This document shows, piece after piece, positions 9,839 to 20,174 of a stretch of 64,000 nt of DNA. Position 1 is the first letter of the stretch. Each line of letters opens with the position of its first letter. The notes below the pieces were generated by a model. It saw only the letters and a list, made by a program, of their open reading frames with translations. It ran no database searches and had not been told where the DNA came from. The stretch lies in the NCBI GenBank assembly GCA_044239955.1, contig JBIIAL010000002.1; one strand, given 5' to 3'. The position numbers and the translations under genes were made by a program. Source of the DNA: Rhodoluna sp. (GTDB lineage Bacteria > Actinomycetota > Actinomycetes > Actinomycetales > Microbacteriaceae).

Positions 9839-10795
9839 ATGAAGAAAATACTGATTTTTCTGGATGAAGTACGATCCGCAATCCGTGAGGGAACGTATCG
9901 GCAAAACATGAAGATTTATTTTCTACACAGAATCGCAAAAGTAACAGTCAGCATTCTTGCCTTGGCTTCCAAGCTACCGGGAATTTCTGGGCTCCTTAAA
10001 TTCCAGCCTGGAAAGTTCGGTTTTTTTGTCAGAGACACTTACTTTCTTACATACAACGCAGGACTAATGTCTTGCAGCACAACTGCTTTGTCTGACATCA
10101 CCGCATCAGGTAGAAAAGTGACAAAAATCAAATCAAACTTTGGTATGAGTCTTTACAAGAAATGGCTACTGAGAAACAATTGGAAAAGTTTTTTTCAAAC
10201 GCCCACACAGGAGAACTCTCCTGAATTTGTGTTACCCGAGGGTAAAACCTACCCCAAAGACATTCATGACTGGTGGGGTAGGGACTACGCGGGTGTTCCA
10301 TTCAAAGATGTGCTGGACGCTGTCGGTTTGATTTTTCGTCTTTCGCCAAAGGTTGTGAAACTATCTGATGGCTTTGTCGAAAAATACGGGATCAACTTGG
10401 AAGAAACCATCGGTGTGCACTACCGAGGCACTGATAAGCAAACTGAGATAGAAACCCCAAGCCTCGCCGAATTCATTTCTCAAACAAGGCAGTTCATGCA
10501 GCAAATGACTAACCCTAAGATTTTGCTGCTAACCGATGAGCCTGCTGTCGCCATCGGCTTCGAAGCCGCTTTCCCAAAAGCTGTAATTACGATCACTGAA
10601 CTTGCAACGCCGGGTGGTTCAATTGGCGCCCACATACTTGATTCGAAAAATCCTGAAGTCCAAGGTCAGATATTTCTTGCGATCTTGTCTTTGGTTTCTA
10701 AATGCAAAAAGGTAGTCACTCACACTGGAAACGGAGCACTCTGGGAAGTGCTGTTTAGGGAAAGTACCGAAGGTCTAAAGCAGGTTAGGACCTAA
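9839..10795 (+). CDS. Hypothetical protein; possible GT-B fucosyltransferase-superfamily glycosyltransferase
   Basis: 318-aa ORF with no competing ORF. 'GVHYRGTDK' resembles motif I (HxRRxD) of alpha-1,2/alpha-1,6/O-fucosyltransferases, followed by 'ILLLTDEP' and 'VVTHTGNGALW'. The function call is weak. Confidence 0.35.
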   Translation: MKKILIFLDEVRSAIREGTYRQNMKIYFLHRIAKVTVSILALASKLPGISGLLKFQPGKFGFFVRDTYFLTYNAGLMSCSTTALSDITASGRKVTKIKSNFGMSLYKKWLLRNNWKSFFQTPTQENSPEFVLPEGKTYPKDIHDWWGRDYAGVPFKDVLDAVGLIFRLSPKVVKLSDGFVEKYGINLEETIGVHYRGTDKQTEIETPSLAEFISQTRQFMQQMTNPKILLLTDEPAVAIGFEAAFPKAVITITELATPGGSIGAHILDSKNPEVQGQIFLAILSLVSKCKKVVTHTGNGALWEVLFRESTEGLKQVRT

Positions 10796-10833
10796 AAGCC
10801 TTAACAGCAAAAAAGTTGCCGGTGGAAGCTTTA

Positions 10834-11745
10834 CTATCCAACCGTTGCGCCAATGCGCTTACCCCTGGTGTGTGAGGGGCTGCAGGCTAGATTTTCAGGA
10901 ACTTGCACGCAATCGTCACATAGCAATATTAAATCTCTACAGGCCAGAGAAGAGCAGTCACGGAATTTCTTGGTTGGCCCATCACACGCTTCACACTTAC
11001 CAATTACCTTGGCATCTGACGAGAAGTCGATGTCCATGCGGTCATCAAAAACATAGAGTGAACCTTCCCAAAGTCCTTTGTCCCCAAAAGCTTCTCCGTA
11101 ACGAACGATTCCACCCTTGATTTGATAGACCTCCTGAAAGCCACGGTTTTTCATAGCAACAGAAAGAATTTCGCAGCGGATACCGCCGGTGCAGTACGTG
11201 ACAACAGGCCTGTCTTTCAGGTGATCAAACTTTCCTGATTCGATTTCCTTTACAAAGTCATGGGTAGTTTCAACATCTGGCACCACAGCATTTTTGAACT
11301 TTCCAATTTTTGACTCAAATGCATTTCGGCCATCAAAGAAGACGACTTCGTCGCCGCGTTCTTGAACTAGTTGATTTACCTCTTCTGGCTTTAGGTGTTT
11401 ACCGCCGCCTATAACTCCACGGGGTCCAACTTGAAGCTCCTCGGGAGCTCCGAATGCGACCAGTTCTGTTCTTGATCGAACGCGAAGCCTTGGAAAGTCG
11501 TTACCCGTGCCATCGGACCACTTGAAATCGATGCGGTTAAATCCCGGGTACTCCTTGGTGGCTCTGGCGTACTTCTTTAGTGCGGCCATGTCTCCACCCA
11601 AGGTGCCATTGATACCGTGCTTGGATATAAGAATTCGACCCTTGAGGCCTAGAGATTCACACAGGGTCCGCTGCCAAAGCTTCATGGCCTCAGGGTCGGG
11701 CACCGGAGCAAAGCCGTAGTAGAGGATTATTTTCTGGAGTTCCAC
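10834..11745 (-). CDS. trhO: Rhodanese-domain tRNA uridine(34) hydroxylase TrhO (UPF0176/YceA family)
   Basis: 'ILYYGFAPV', '[16 protein letters not shown]', rhodanese active-site loop 'YCTGGIRCE', and a C-terminal Cys-rich tail. Confidence 0.8.
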   Translation of the reverse strand: MELQKIILYYGFAPVPDPEAMKLWQRTLCESLGLKGRILISKHGINGTLGGDMAALKKYARATKEYPGFNRIDFKWSDGTGNDFPRLRVRSRTELVAFGAPEELQVGPRGVIGGGKHLKPEEVNQLVQERGDEVVFFDGRNAFESKIGKFKNAVVPDVETTHDFVKEIESGKFDHLKDRPVVTYCTGGIRCEILSVAMKNRGFQEVYQIKGGIVRYGEAFGDKGLWEGSLYVFDDRMDIDFSSDAKVIGKCEACDGPTKKFRDCSSLACRDLILLCDDCVQVPENLACSPSHTRGKRIGATVG

Positions 11746-11785
11746 ATGAAAAAGCCTAGCCTCTAGAACCTTCTAGGATGAAGTA

Positions 11786-13750
11786 ATGAAATTGACTCCA
11801 GGCATTGACACCAAAGCACTAAATCCCGCAACTAGACCCCAAGATGACCTTTTTAGGCACGTCAACGGCAAGTGGTTGGACACTACTGAGATTCCAGAGG
11901 ACAAGGCCATCTATGGGTCCTTTCATATGCTTGCCGATGCATCCGAGGAAGCAGTCAAGCTGATCCTGGAAGAGGCATCGGCAAATCCTGCCCCGGGAGT
12001 CAGTCAGCAAATCGGAGATCTTTACGCATCGTTTTTGGATGAGGACAAAGCAAACGCTCTAGGCGCAAAGCCAATCGAGGCAGATCTTGCTCGTATCAAA
12101 GGCCTGAACAATCTTTCACAGGTAACCACGATGCTCGGTGAGTTTGAGAGAACCGAAGTTAGTGGTCTGTTTGGAATGTATGTCGATAATGACCCAAACG
12201 ATCCAACCCGTTACTTGGTGAACCTATACCAAGGTGGCCTTGGACTTCCTGACGAAGCGTATTACCGCGAGGAAAAGCACGAGAGCATTCGCGAGGCTTA
12301 CGTAGTTCATATTCAAAAGATGCTTGAGCTAGCTGGCTGGGACCAAGCTGCAGCTAAACAAGCAGCAGCAACCATCTTTGAGTTTGAAACCAAGCTGGCT
12401 TCAAATCACTGGAACAACGTTGAAACCAGAGATGCCGAGAAAACCAACAACCTCACCGATTTTGATTCTCTTAAGAAACTCACCTCAACTTTCGATTGGA
12501 ACCTGTGGTTCGAGGGCGGAAAGATTAGCCCGAAAGTTCTAAACGAGTCGATTGTCATGATGCCTTCATTCTTTGAATCATTGAAAGAAACTTTCTCCGA
12601 AGCAAACCTAGAGGCCATCAAGGCGTGGATGAGCTGGAAACTAATTAGCCAAGCAGCGGCCTATCTGTCTCAAGATTTTGTAGATGAGAGATTTAGCTTC
12701 TATGGAACCACATTGACAGGAGCACCGGTAAATCGCGCTCGCTGGAAACGAGCGGTGAGCCTAGTTGAAGGATCTCTTGGTGAGGCTGTTGGAAAAATCT
12801 ACGTCGAGAAGTATTTCCCACTTGAAGCCAAAAAGCGCATGGACGAGTTGGTTCAGTATCTGATTGACGCATACAAAGACAGTATCGAGAATCTCTCTTG
12901 GATGAGCGATGAGACCAAGAAGAAAGCCCTTGTCAAGCTAACCAAGTTCACACCAAAAATTGGTTACCCGGTGAAGTGGAAGGACTACTCGAGCATCAAA
13001 ATCGATCGCAACGATTTGATCTCTAATGTCAAAAACGTAACTTCTTGGAATCTAGATCGCGAGATGAAGAAAATTGGCTCGCCACTTGATCGTGATGAGT
13101 GGTTCATGACACCACAAACTGTAAACGCCTATTACAACCCTGGTTTCAACGAGATTGTTTTCCCAGCAGCTATTTTGCAGCCACCGTTTTTCTCTTTGGA
13201 AGCTGACGACGCGGTGAACTTTGGTGCCATTGGTGCAGTAATTGGCCACGAGATTGGTCACGGCTTTGATGACCAGGGATCAAAGTATGACGGCGATGGG
13301 GCACTCATTAGCTGGTGGAGTGATGAAGACAGGTCAGCTTTTGAGAAACTAACCTCTAGTTTGATTTCTCAGTTCAATGAACTTTCTCCTGAGCAACTAT
13401 CTGATGACAACAAAGTTAATGGTGAGCTCACAATCGGTGAGAACATCGGAGATCTAGGTGGCCTGGGGATTGCATATAAGGCTTACCTGATGTCACTGGG
13501 AGGAAAAGAACCCGAGCTAATCGATGGACTAACTGGCAAGCAAAGACTATTTCTGTCTTGGGCACAAGCTTGGCGCACCAAGGGACGAGATGAGATGGTT
13601 TTGCAGCGCCTAGCTACCGACCCACACTCACCGCCAGAGTTTAGGTGTAATCAGATTGTTCGAAACATTGATGCTTTCTATGAAGCATTCGAACTGTCTT
13701 CTTCTGACAAACTTTGGTTAGAAGAGTCCAAGCGAGTGAGTATTTGGTAA
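11786..13750 (+). CDS. M13-family zinc metallopeptidase (PepO/endothelin-converting-enzyme-like)
   Basis: 'NAYYNP', zinc site 'VIGHEIGHGFD' and 'GENIGDLGG' (ExxxD). 654 aa, and ends with the W typical of M13. Confidence 0.85.
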   Translation: MKLTPGIDTKALNPATRPQDDLFRHVNGKWLDTTEIPEDKAIYGSFHMLADASEEAVKLILEEASANPAPGVSQQIGDLYASFLDEDKANALGAKPIEADLARIKGLNNLSQVTTMLGEFERTEVSGLFGMYVDNDPNDPTRYLVNLYQGGLGLPDEAYYREEKHESIREAYVVHIQKMLELAGWDQAAAKQAAATIFEFETKLASNHWNNVETRDAEKTNNLTDFDSLKKLTSTFDWNLWFEGGKISPKVLNESIVMMPSFFESLKETFSEANLEAIKAWMSWKLISQAAAYLSQDFVDERFSFYGTTLTGAPVNRARWKRAVSLVEGSLGEAVGKIYVEKYFPLEAKKRMDELVQYLIDAYKDSIENLSWMSDETKKKALVKLTKFTPKIGYPVKWKDYSSIKIDRNDLISNVKNVTSWNLDREMKKIGSPLDRDEWFMTPQTVNAYYNPGFNEIVFPAAILQPPFFSLEADDAVNFGAIGAVIGHEIGHGFDDQGSKYDGDGALISWWSDEDRSAFEKLTSSLISQFNELSPEQLSDDNKVNGELTIGENIGDLGGLGIAYKAYLMSLGGKEPELIDGLTGKQRLFLSWAQAWRTKGRDEMVLQRLATDPHSPPEFRCNQIVRNIDAFYEAFELSSSDKLWLEESKRVSIW

Positions 13751-14302
13751 ATGAAACTTTGGCTAAGAGTTATCTTCCAGCTAATGAGCTGGAGATTTAG
13801 AGCAAAGATTAACATCGATGAAGTAGCTATTCGCCGCTTTAGAGTTTGGCCAACAGATCTAGATATTTACGCCCATATGAATAACGGTGTTTTTCTCACA
13901 ATTATGGATTTAGGTCGCTATGACCACGGTAAGAGAACCGGTATTTGGAATAAGTGGAACAAAATCGGTTGGTATCCAGTGGTGGTGGCAGAGAATATCA
14001 CCTTTAGAAAATCTCTCCAGCTTGGGCAAACTTTTGATCTGGAATCAAAAGTTATCGGTTGGACCGACGAAGCTTTTTATTTTGAGCAAAGATTTGTGGT
14101 TGGCAAAGAAATCTACGCGAGGGCAGTAGTTCGCATCAGATTCCTCAAAAGATCCCGAGGCATCGTTACTCCTAAGGAAATCTTGGAATACACACCCTGG
14201 AATGGACCGCTGCCGATTTTGCCTCAGTGGGTAGCCAACTGGTCAGCAGCATCCTCGTTACCTAAGGGTAGAGAACCCGCACCTAGCGAGTGGGACTCAT
14301 AA
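13751..14302 (+). CDS. Hotdog-fold acyl-CoA thioesterase-like protein
   Basis: 183 aa. 'VWPTDLDIYAHMNNGVFLTIMDLGR' resembles 4HBT-type thioesterases. The ATG immediately follows the peptidase stop. Confidence 0.55.
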   Translation: MKLWLRVIFQLMSWRFRAKINIDEVAIRRFRVWPTDLDIYAHMNNGVFLTIMDLGRYDHGKRTGIWNKWNKIGWYPVVVAENITFRKSLQLGQTFDLESKVIGWTDEAFYFEQRFVVGKEIYARAVVRIRFLKRSRGIVTPKEILEYTPWNGPLPILPQWVANWSAASSLPKGREPAPSEWDS

Positions 14303-14307
14303 AGAAT

Positions 14308-17300
14308 ATGAACCGGCAGTCACTTTCCAAGCAATCTGTTGAACTCGTTCAGACCTGGCTGAAAGACGCCAAGGGGAACGCTGAGTCATCGGCGGCTGAA
14401 GCAAGACTGTCAGCCTTACTCAAAGATCCAAATGGCCTTGAATTCACTCTTGCGTTCGTGGACAGGGTCATTAGACCAGAGAACATCAGGGTTGCAGCTA
14501 GAGAGCTCAGAAAACTCACCAAGATTGTTCCAGCGGCGTTGCCACCGCTTGATCGCTTTGCAATCAAGTTAGGTGGCTTCCTAGCCCCTTATTTTCCTTT
14601 TCCAGTTATTCCCATCGCGAGATTTGTGCTTCGCTCATTGGTTTCGCACCTAATTGCAGACGCAAGGCCAGGCAAGCTAACAAAGCACTTATCAAGGGTT
14701 AGAGCAGATGGTGTACAGCTGAACCTCAATTTGTTGGGCGAAGCAGTTCTTGGAGAAGCAGAGGCAAGCAACCGACTTGCAAAAACCTTCGAACTTTTGC
14801 AAAGACCCGATGTTGACTACGTTTCAGTCAAGGTTTCTTCGGTTGTTTCGCAATTGTCGATGTGGGGATACGAAGACAGTATCGCGAGAGTAATCGATCG
14901 GCTTGAGCCTCTCTATAACTACGCGAACCGCGAGAAGAAGTTTATAAACCTAGATATGGAAGAGTATCGAGACCTTTGGCTCACCATTGAGATCTATAAG
15001 CAAATGCTTTCCAAGCCAAAGCTAAAAAACCTTAGATCCGGAATCGTGATCCAGGCTTACCTTCCTGACTCCTACATTGCCCTAAAAGACCTAATTGCGT
15101 TCTCCCAGAAGAGAGTGCGCGCAGGTGGGGCGCCAATCAAGATCAGATTGGTAAAAGGCGCAAACCTAGCCATGGAGCAAGTAGACGCCAAGTGGCATGG
15201 TTTCGAATTAGCCACCTACAACTCAAAAGTTGAGTCAGATGCCAACTACAAGCGCCTGTTAGAGATCCTGTTGGATCCAAAGGTAGCGAAGTCTGTAAGG
15301 ACCGGAGTCGCCGGCCACAACCTGTTTGATGTGGCTTACGCATACCTACTGGCAAAGAAAAACGGTGTGCTGGACCGAATTGACTTTGAAATGCTCAAAG
15401 GCATGGCTGTTGCTCTTTCAGCAAGTGTGAAGAAAACCGTTGGAAATCTTCTTCTTTACACCCCAGTTGTCTCCCCTAAAGAGTTTGAAGTGGCAATTGC
15501 CTACCTAACCAGAAGGCTGGAAGAAAACGCCTCTCCTGACAACTTCATGTCTGGTGTCTTTGAACTCACCACAAACAAGAAAATCTTTGAGCGCGAGAAA
15601 GAGCGCTTCCTAAACTCCGTCAAATTGATTAGCAAACTCGGTACCGAGCCAAACCGCAAGGCCAACAATTCGGCAGCTGCGGCTAAAGCCGCCAGTAGGG
15701 GAGAGTTTGTAAACCAGCCAGATAGTGATCCAGCGATTGTTTCGGTTAGAGAAAACGCCAAGAAGATTCAGAAACTTTCAGAATCTCTTTCCAAGCAGAT
15801 TGCAAAAACCAAAAACGCAGGCCTACCTCTTCTTGATTCCCGAATTGAAATCGACAAGCTGGTCAAAAAATCACTCACCGCGGCACCCGCTTGGGGCAAA
15901 GAGCACAAGAAGCGTCAGCAGCTACTGGTTAAGGCTGCCAACGAAATTGAGAACGCTAGGTCCGAACTGATTGCAGTGATGATGGCAGAAGCTGGAAAGA
16001 CAATTGCCGAGGCTGATGTAGAAGTTTCAGAGGCCGCCGATTTTGCTAGGTACTACGCATCTTTGATTCCAGAACTAGTAAATAACAAAGATGCTAAGTT
16101 CACGCCCGACAAATTGACTCTTGTAGTTCCGCCTTGGAATTTTCCAGTGGCCATTCCAATCGGAGGAGTACTGGCAGCACTTGCTGCCGGCAGCACTGTG
16201 ATTTTAAAGCCAGCACCAGAGGTTAGAAACTGCGGTGTTGCTGTATCCAATGCTTTGTACAAGGCAGGCATCAGCAAATCTGTTTTGCAAGTGGTTGCTG
16301 TTCCAGACAACGAAGTAGGACTGCACCTAGTCGGGCACCAATCTGTTGACAGCGTGATTCTGACAGGTGCTTTTGAAACCGCGGAGCTATTCAAGAAGCA
16401 CAAACCTTCGATTCGTTTGGCAGCTGAGACAAGCGGAAAAAATGCCCTGATCATTACTCCTTTTGCTGATTTGGATCTGGCCGCGGCAGATCTAGCCAAA
16501 AGTGCGTTTGGTCACGCCGGTCAGAAATGTTCTGCAGCGAGCCTTGCAATTCTGGTGGGACCAGTTTATAAATCTGAAAAGTTTAGCCGCCAATTGGTGG
16601 ATGCAGCCAAATCCATGAAGGTGGACTGGCCTGGCAATCTTGCAGCTTCTATCGGGCCAGTCATTCAAAAGCCAACCGGCAAGCTAGAGCGAGCTTTGAC
16701 AACCCTGGAAGCTGAGGAGAGTTGGCTACTGGTGCCAAAGCAGCTTGATTCAACCGGAAGGCTTTGGAGCCCTGGAATAAAAATAGGCGTCAGGCCAGGA
16801 TCGTTTTTTCATACGACCGAGGTCTTTGGTCCAGTACTTGGAATTATGAGAGCAAATGATTTGCCAGAAGCGATAAAGCTTCAGAACGGTCCGGATTACG
16901 GCTTGACTGCCGGAATTCATTCTCTTGATAATCAAGAAGTGCTTACTTGGATTGAAGGCGTGAAAAGTGGAAATCTTTATGTGAATAGAGGTATCACTGG
17001 TGCAATCGTGAATCGTCAGCCATTTGGAGGCTTCAAGCGCTCTTCAGTTGGTTCAGGACTAAAAGCCGGGGGTTCGAGCTATCTAACCCAGTTTGGAACA
17101 TGGTCAAATACAGCAAAGGTCAATAAGCTAACTCCCTCAGCATTCTTGAAAGCTGCGAAGGCTTCGGACGAGATTGCTTGGAAAGAGATTTACTCTCCAA
17201 AGGAGCTAGACGGTGGAGAGCTGGAAGTAGAAGGTAACTACAGAAGGTATCTTCCAGCGAACCTAATTGTTCGCGTCGGATCAACAGCCACACAAAAAGA

Positions 17301-17640
17301 AGTTGACCGAGTACTGATGGTCGTGAAGCGCTCAGGATTCAAGGTTCCGGTGAGCGTAGCACCAGGGTTTATTGGCAAGCTAAGCCATGAATTTGTCCAG
17401 ACCGAGAACAGCAGTGATTTTGAAAAGCGAGTAGTCAACGAACCAAGTTTGGGACTTAGAATTTGGCAGCTCGGGTCCAATGAGGGCTGGGTTAGAAAAG
17501 CTAGAACCAAGCCTGATATTCACGTAATCACCGGTGAGGTCCTAGTGTGCGGGCGCCTTATGGGGTTGAATCTGGTGCGCGAACAAGCGGTATCAATTAC
17601 TCAACACCGGTTTGGTGCGTTGCAGAAGAAGCTTCTCTAG
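14308..17640 (+). CDS. putA: Bifunctional proline dehydrogenase / 1-pyrroline-5-carboxylate dehydrogenase PutA
   Basis: About 1110 aa. N-terminal PRODH barrel region and a C-terminal ALDH with 'ETSGKNA' and catalytic Cys 'GQKCSA'. An alternative GTG start at 14290 overlaps the upstream gene. Confidence 0.85.
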   Translation: MNRQSLSKQSVELVQTWLKDAKGNAESSAAEARLSALLKDPNGLEFTLAFVDRVIRPENIRVAARELRKLTKIVPAALPPLDRFAIKLGGFLAPYFPFPVIPIARFVLRSLVSHLIADARPGKLTKHLSRVRADGVQLNLNLLGEAVLGEAEASNRLAKTFELLQRPDVDYVSVKVSSVVSQLSMWGYEDSIARVIDRLEPLYNYANREKKFINLDMEEYRDLWLTIEIYKQMLSKPKLKNLRSGIVIQAYLPDSYIALKDLIAFSQKRVRAGGAPIKIRLVKGANLAMEQVDAKWHGFELATYNSKVESDANYKRLLEILLDPKVAKSVRTGVAGHNLFDVAYAYLLAKKNGVLDRIDFEMLKGMAVALSASVKKTVGNLLLYTPVVSPKEFEVAIAYLTRRLEENASPDNFMSGVFELTTNKKIFEREKERFLNSVKLISKLGTEPNRKANNSAAAAKAASRGEFVNQPDSDPAIVSVRENAKKIQKLSESLSKQIAKTKNAGLPLLDSRIEIDKLVKKSLTAAPAWGKEHKKRQQLLVKAANEIENARSELIAVMMAEAGKTIAEADVEVSEAADFARYYASLIPELVNNKDAKFTPDKLTLVVPPWNFPVAIPIGGVLAALAAGSTVILKPAPEVRNCGVAVSNALYKAGISKSVLQVVAVPDNEVGLHLVGHQSVDSVILTGAFETAELFKKHKPSIRLAAETSGKNALIITPFADLDLAAADLAKSAFGHAGQKCSAASLAILVGPVYKSEKFSRQLVDAAKSMKVDWPGNLAASIGPVIQKPTGKLERALTTLEAEESWLLVPKQLDSTGRLWSPGIKIGVRPGSFFHTTEVFGPVLGIMRANDLPEAIKLQNGPDYGLTAGIHSLDNQEVLTWIEGVKSGNLYVNRGITGAIVNRQPFGGFKRSSVGSGLKAGGSSYLTQFGTWSNTAKVNKLTPSAFLKAAKASDEIAWKEIYSPKELDGGELEVEGNYRRYLPANLIVRVGSTATQKEVDRVLMVVKRSGFKVPVSVAPGFIGKLSHEFVQTENSSDFEKRVVNEPSLGLRIWQLGSNEGWVRKARTKPDIHVITGEVLVCGRLMGLNLVREQAVSITQHRFGALQKKLL

Positions 17641-17677
17641 AAGCAACTTTTGGTGAAGCAGTCTTGTCCCGCAGGAT

Positions 17678-18787
17678 CTAATAACTCTGTTGGCGGCCAC
17701 CAGTAAAGGACTGTTTCCATAACTCGATTTGATCTAGGCATAATTGCAGAGCTGGCTTGTCTTGTGACAGGAAGGCTTTGTACCAAGAGGCTGTTTTCTC
17801 AATTACTTCAGCTGTATCCCAGCTTGGATGCCACCCAAATGTCTTTATGGCGAGGTCGCTATTTAGCCCGAGCTTCCCAGCCTCATGCAGCTCTGACTTA
17901 TCCTCTTTGACCTTCACGCCAATTAGATAATTTGACATGAGCTTTAGAACAGAAGCCACAGAAAATGACTCCGCTTCGATTGGTCCAAGATTGAAAGCAC
18001 GGTCAAACTTCATAGCTTCTGGCCCAAGCATGCCAGAAAGAATCGTCAAATAGCCATCGACAAGAGATAACACGTGTTGCCAAGGTCTTGTAGAAGAAGG
18101 AAAGCGAATTTCCATTTCTTTATTTGATTCGTAGGCCCTCACATAATCAGGAATTAGACGATCCTCAGACCAATCGCCGCCACCGATAATGTTTCCTCCT
18201 CGCGCAACCGCTATAACCGGAAAGACTGTGCCCGTCCCTCCAAATGAAGAGCGATAACTTGCGATTATCAACTCGGCTGCGGCTTTAGAAGCTGAGTAAG
18301 GGTCTTGGCCCCCAAGTTCATCTGTTTCGACATACTGACGGTCTGTTTCAAGGTTCTTATAAACCTTGTCGGTGGTTATGCACAAGACACCTTTGATCGA
18401 GTCAACTCCTCGAATTGCTTCAAGGACATTGGCGGTTCCTTGTGCGTTTACCTCGAATGTTTCCCTAGGAATTCGATAGCTTCGCCTTACTAATGGCTGT
18501 GCAGCCAAGTGAAGAACCAAATCCGGTTGAAATGTGACTATCTCGTCTCGAAGGTTTTCAAAATTGCGAATGTCCGCGATTTTTCCATCAATTATTTTCC
18601 CAACCTCAGCCTCTCCAAACAAGTTTGGAGAGGTCTCTGGTTCTAAGGAATAGCCAAAGACTTCGCAACCCAGTTGATTTAACCAAATGCAGGCCCAGGA
18701 TCCTGTAAAACCGGTGTGCCCTGTGACAAAAACTTTCTTGCCTTTGAGCGAGTTAAAGCGGTCGCTCACGTTAGCCCTTGTTGACAT
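17678..18787 (-). CDS. rfbG: CDP-glucose 4,6-dehydratase
   Basis: 'KKVFVTGHTGFTGSW', 'HLAAQPLVRRSY', 'TTDKVY' and 'DPYSASKAAAEL' closely parallel enterobacterial RfbG. Overlaps rfbH by 17 nt. Confidence 0.8.
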   Translation of the reverse strand: MSTRANVSDRFNSLKGKKVFVTGHTGFTGSWACIWLNQLGCEVFGYSLEPETSPNLFGEAEVGKIIDGKIADIRNFENLRDEIVTFQPDLVLHLAAQPLVRRSYRIPRETFEVNAQGTANVLEAIRGVDSIKGVLCITTDKVYKNLETDRQYVETDELGGQDPYSASKAAAELIIASYRSSFGGTGTVFPVIAVARGGNIIGGGDWSEDRLIPDYVRAYESNKEMEIRFPSSTRPWQHVLSLVDGYLTILSGMLGPEAMKFDRAFNLGPIEAESFSVASVLKLMSNYLIGVKVKEDKSELHEAGKLGLNSDLAIKTFGWHPSWDTAEVIEKTASWYKAFLSQDKPALQLCLDQIELWKQSFTGGRQQSY

Positions 18788-20078
18788 ATTCAGCTATTGA
18801 CTCAGCGACGAAGTCGAGCATTTCGTTAGTTAGTCCCGGGTAGGTTCCAACCCAAAAAGTTTTATTCATCACGATGTCGGTATTTTTCAGGTCTCCGATG
18901 ATGCGGAAATCCACACCCTTGTACGCGGGTTGTTTAAGAAGATTTCCAGCAAACAATAACCTTGTACCGATTTTTCTCGAGTCTAGAAACTTCAATAATC
19001 CAGCCCTGTCGACAGAACTTTCTGGGTCAAGTGTTATGGGGAAACCAAACCAAGACGGATCAGATTTCGGCGTAGCCACGGGGAGAATCAGTCCCGGGAC
19101 GTCCTTAAGTTTTTTGAATAGGTAACTGAAATTAGCTTTGCGAGCGGCTGTAAATGCGTCAATTTTCTTCAATTGTGATAGACCTAAAGCCGCCTGCATG
19201 TCCGTTGCTTTTAGGTTGTAACCGATATGGCTATAAATGTATTTATGGTCATAACCAAGAGGAAGATCACCAAGTTGCCATTCAAAGCGTTTGTGGCAAG
19301 TGTCGTCATGACCAGTCTCGCAATAGCAATCCCTGCCCCAGTCCCTGAATGACTCGACTTGCTTTCTAACAAGTGGGGATTTAACAAATACAGCCCCGCC
19401 TTCACCAGTAGTAATGTGATGCGCTGGATAGAAACTCAAAGTTGCTGTGTCTCCAAAACTTCCAGTCTTTTTCCCGTCATAGGTTGAACCCAAAGAGTCA
19501 CATGCATCCTCAACCAACCAAAGACCGTGTTCTTTGCACAATTCACTGACGGTGTCCAAGTCGAAAGGATTGCCAAGAGTATGCGCCATCATAATAGCTT
19601 TAGTTTTTGGGCCAACCGCTTCTCGAAGTTGATCGGCAATCGCATCATATGTTCCAAGCTCTATGTCGACCACAACTGGCTTAAGACCATTTTGAATGAT
19701 TGGATTGACAGTGGTTGGGAATCCTGCAGCGACTGTAATAACTTCGTCGCCGGGAAGGAGTCTTTTCTTTCCAAGCTTCGGGCTAGTTAGGGCACTTAGA
19801 GCCACTAGGTTGGCACTTGATCCACTATTGACAAATACTGCGTTTCTGGCCCCGACATACTTAGAAAGTGCCCTCTGAAAGAGATCGTGGAACCTGCCTG
19901 CGGTTAGCCATCCATCCAAAGAGGCATCGACTAAAGCTGCGTAGTCGTCAGGGAACAACACTTTCCCCGAGACTGGGACCGCGGACTCTCCCCGGACAAA
20001 GGGAGCCCGTTCTAGCTGGGTCTCAGCAAAACGAGAGACGTCTGAAAGGATGGCGCTGCGGAATTGGTCTTGGTTCAC
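18771..20078 (-). CDS. rfbH: CDP-6-deoxy-L-threo-D-glycero-4-hexulose 3-dehydrase (E1; RfbH/DdhC), DegT-family fold
   Basis: 435 aa. 'VDASLDGWLTAGRF' and 'NSGSSANLVALSAL', plus the Fe-S motif C-x-C-x7-C ('CYCETGHDDTC') characteristic of E1. Confidence 0.75.
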   Translation of the reverse strand: MNQDQFRSAILSDVSRFAETQLERAPFVRGESAVPVSGKVLFPDDYAALVDASLDGWLTAGRFHDLFQRALSKYVGARNAVFVNSGSSANLVALSALTSPKLGKKRLLPGDEVITVAAGFPTTVNPIIQNGLKPVVVDIELGTYDAIADQLREAVGPKTKAIMMAHTLGNPFDLDTVSELCKEHGLWLVEDACDSLGSTYDGKKTGSFGDTATLSFYPAHHITTGEGGAVFVKSPLVRKQVESFRDWGRDCYCETGHDDTCHKRFEWQLGDLPLGYDHKYIYSHIGYNLKATDMQAALGLSQLKKIDAFTAARKANFSYLFKKLKDVPGLILPVATPKSDPSWFGFPITLDPESSVDRAGLLKFLDSRKIGTRLLFAGNLLKQPAYKGVDFRIIGDLKNTDIVMNKTFWVGTYPGLTNEMLDFVAESIAEYVNKG

Positions 20079-20174
20079 GGTTCCCCTTTTAAGGCTTCAA
20101 TTGTTCAATAGTAGAGCAAAGCCTTCAATAGACTGGGGGCTTACAGGCAATAGCTGGGGAGTGGAAGTTCAGAT

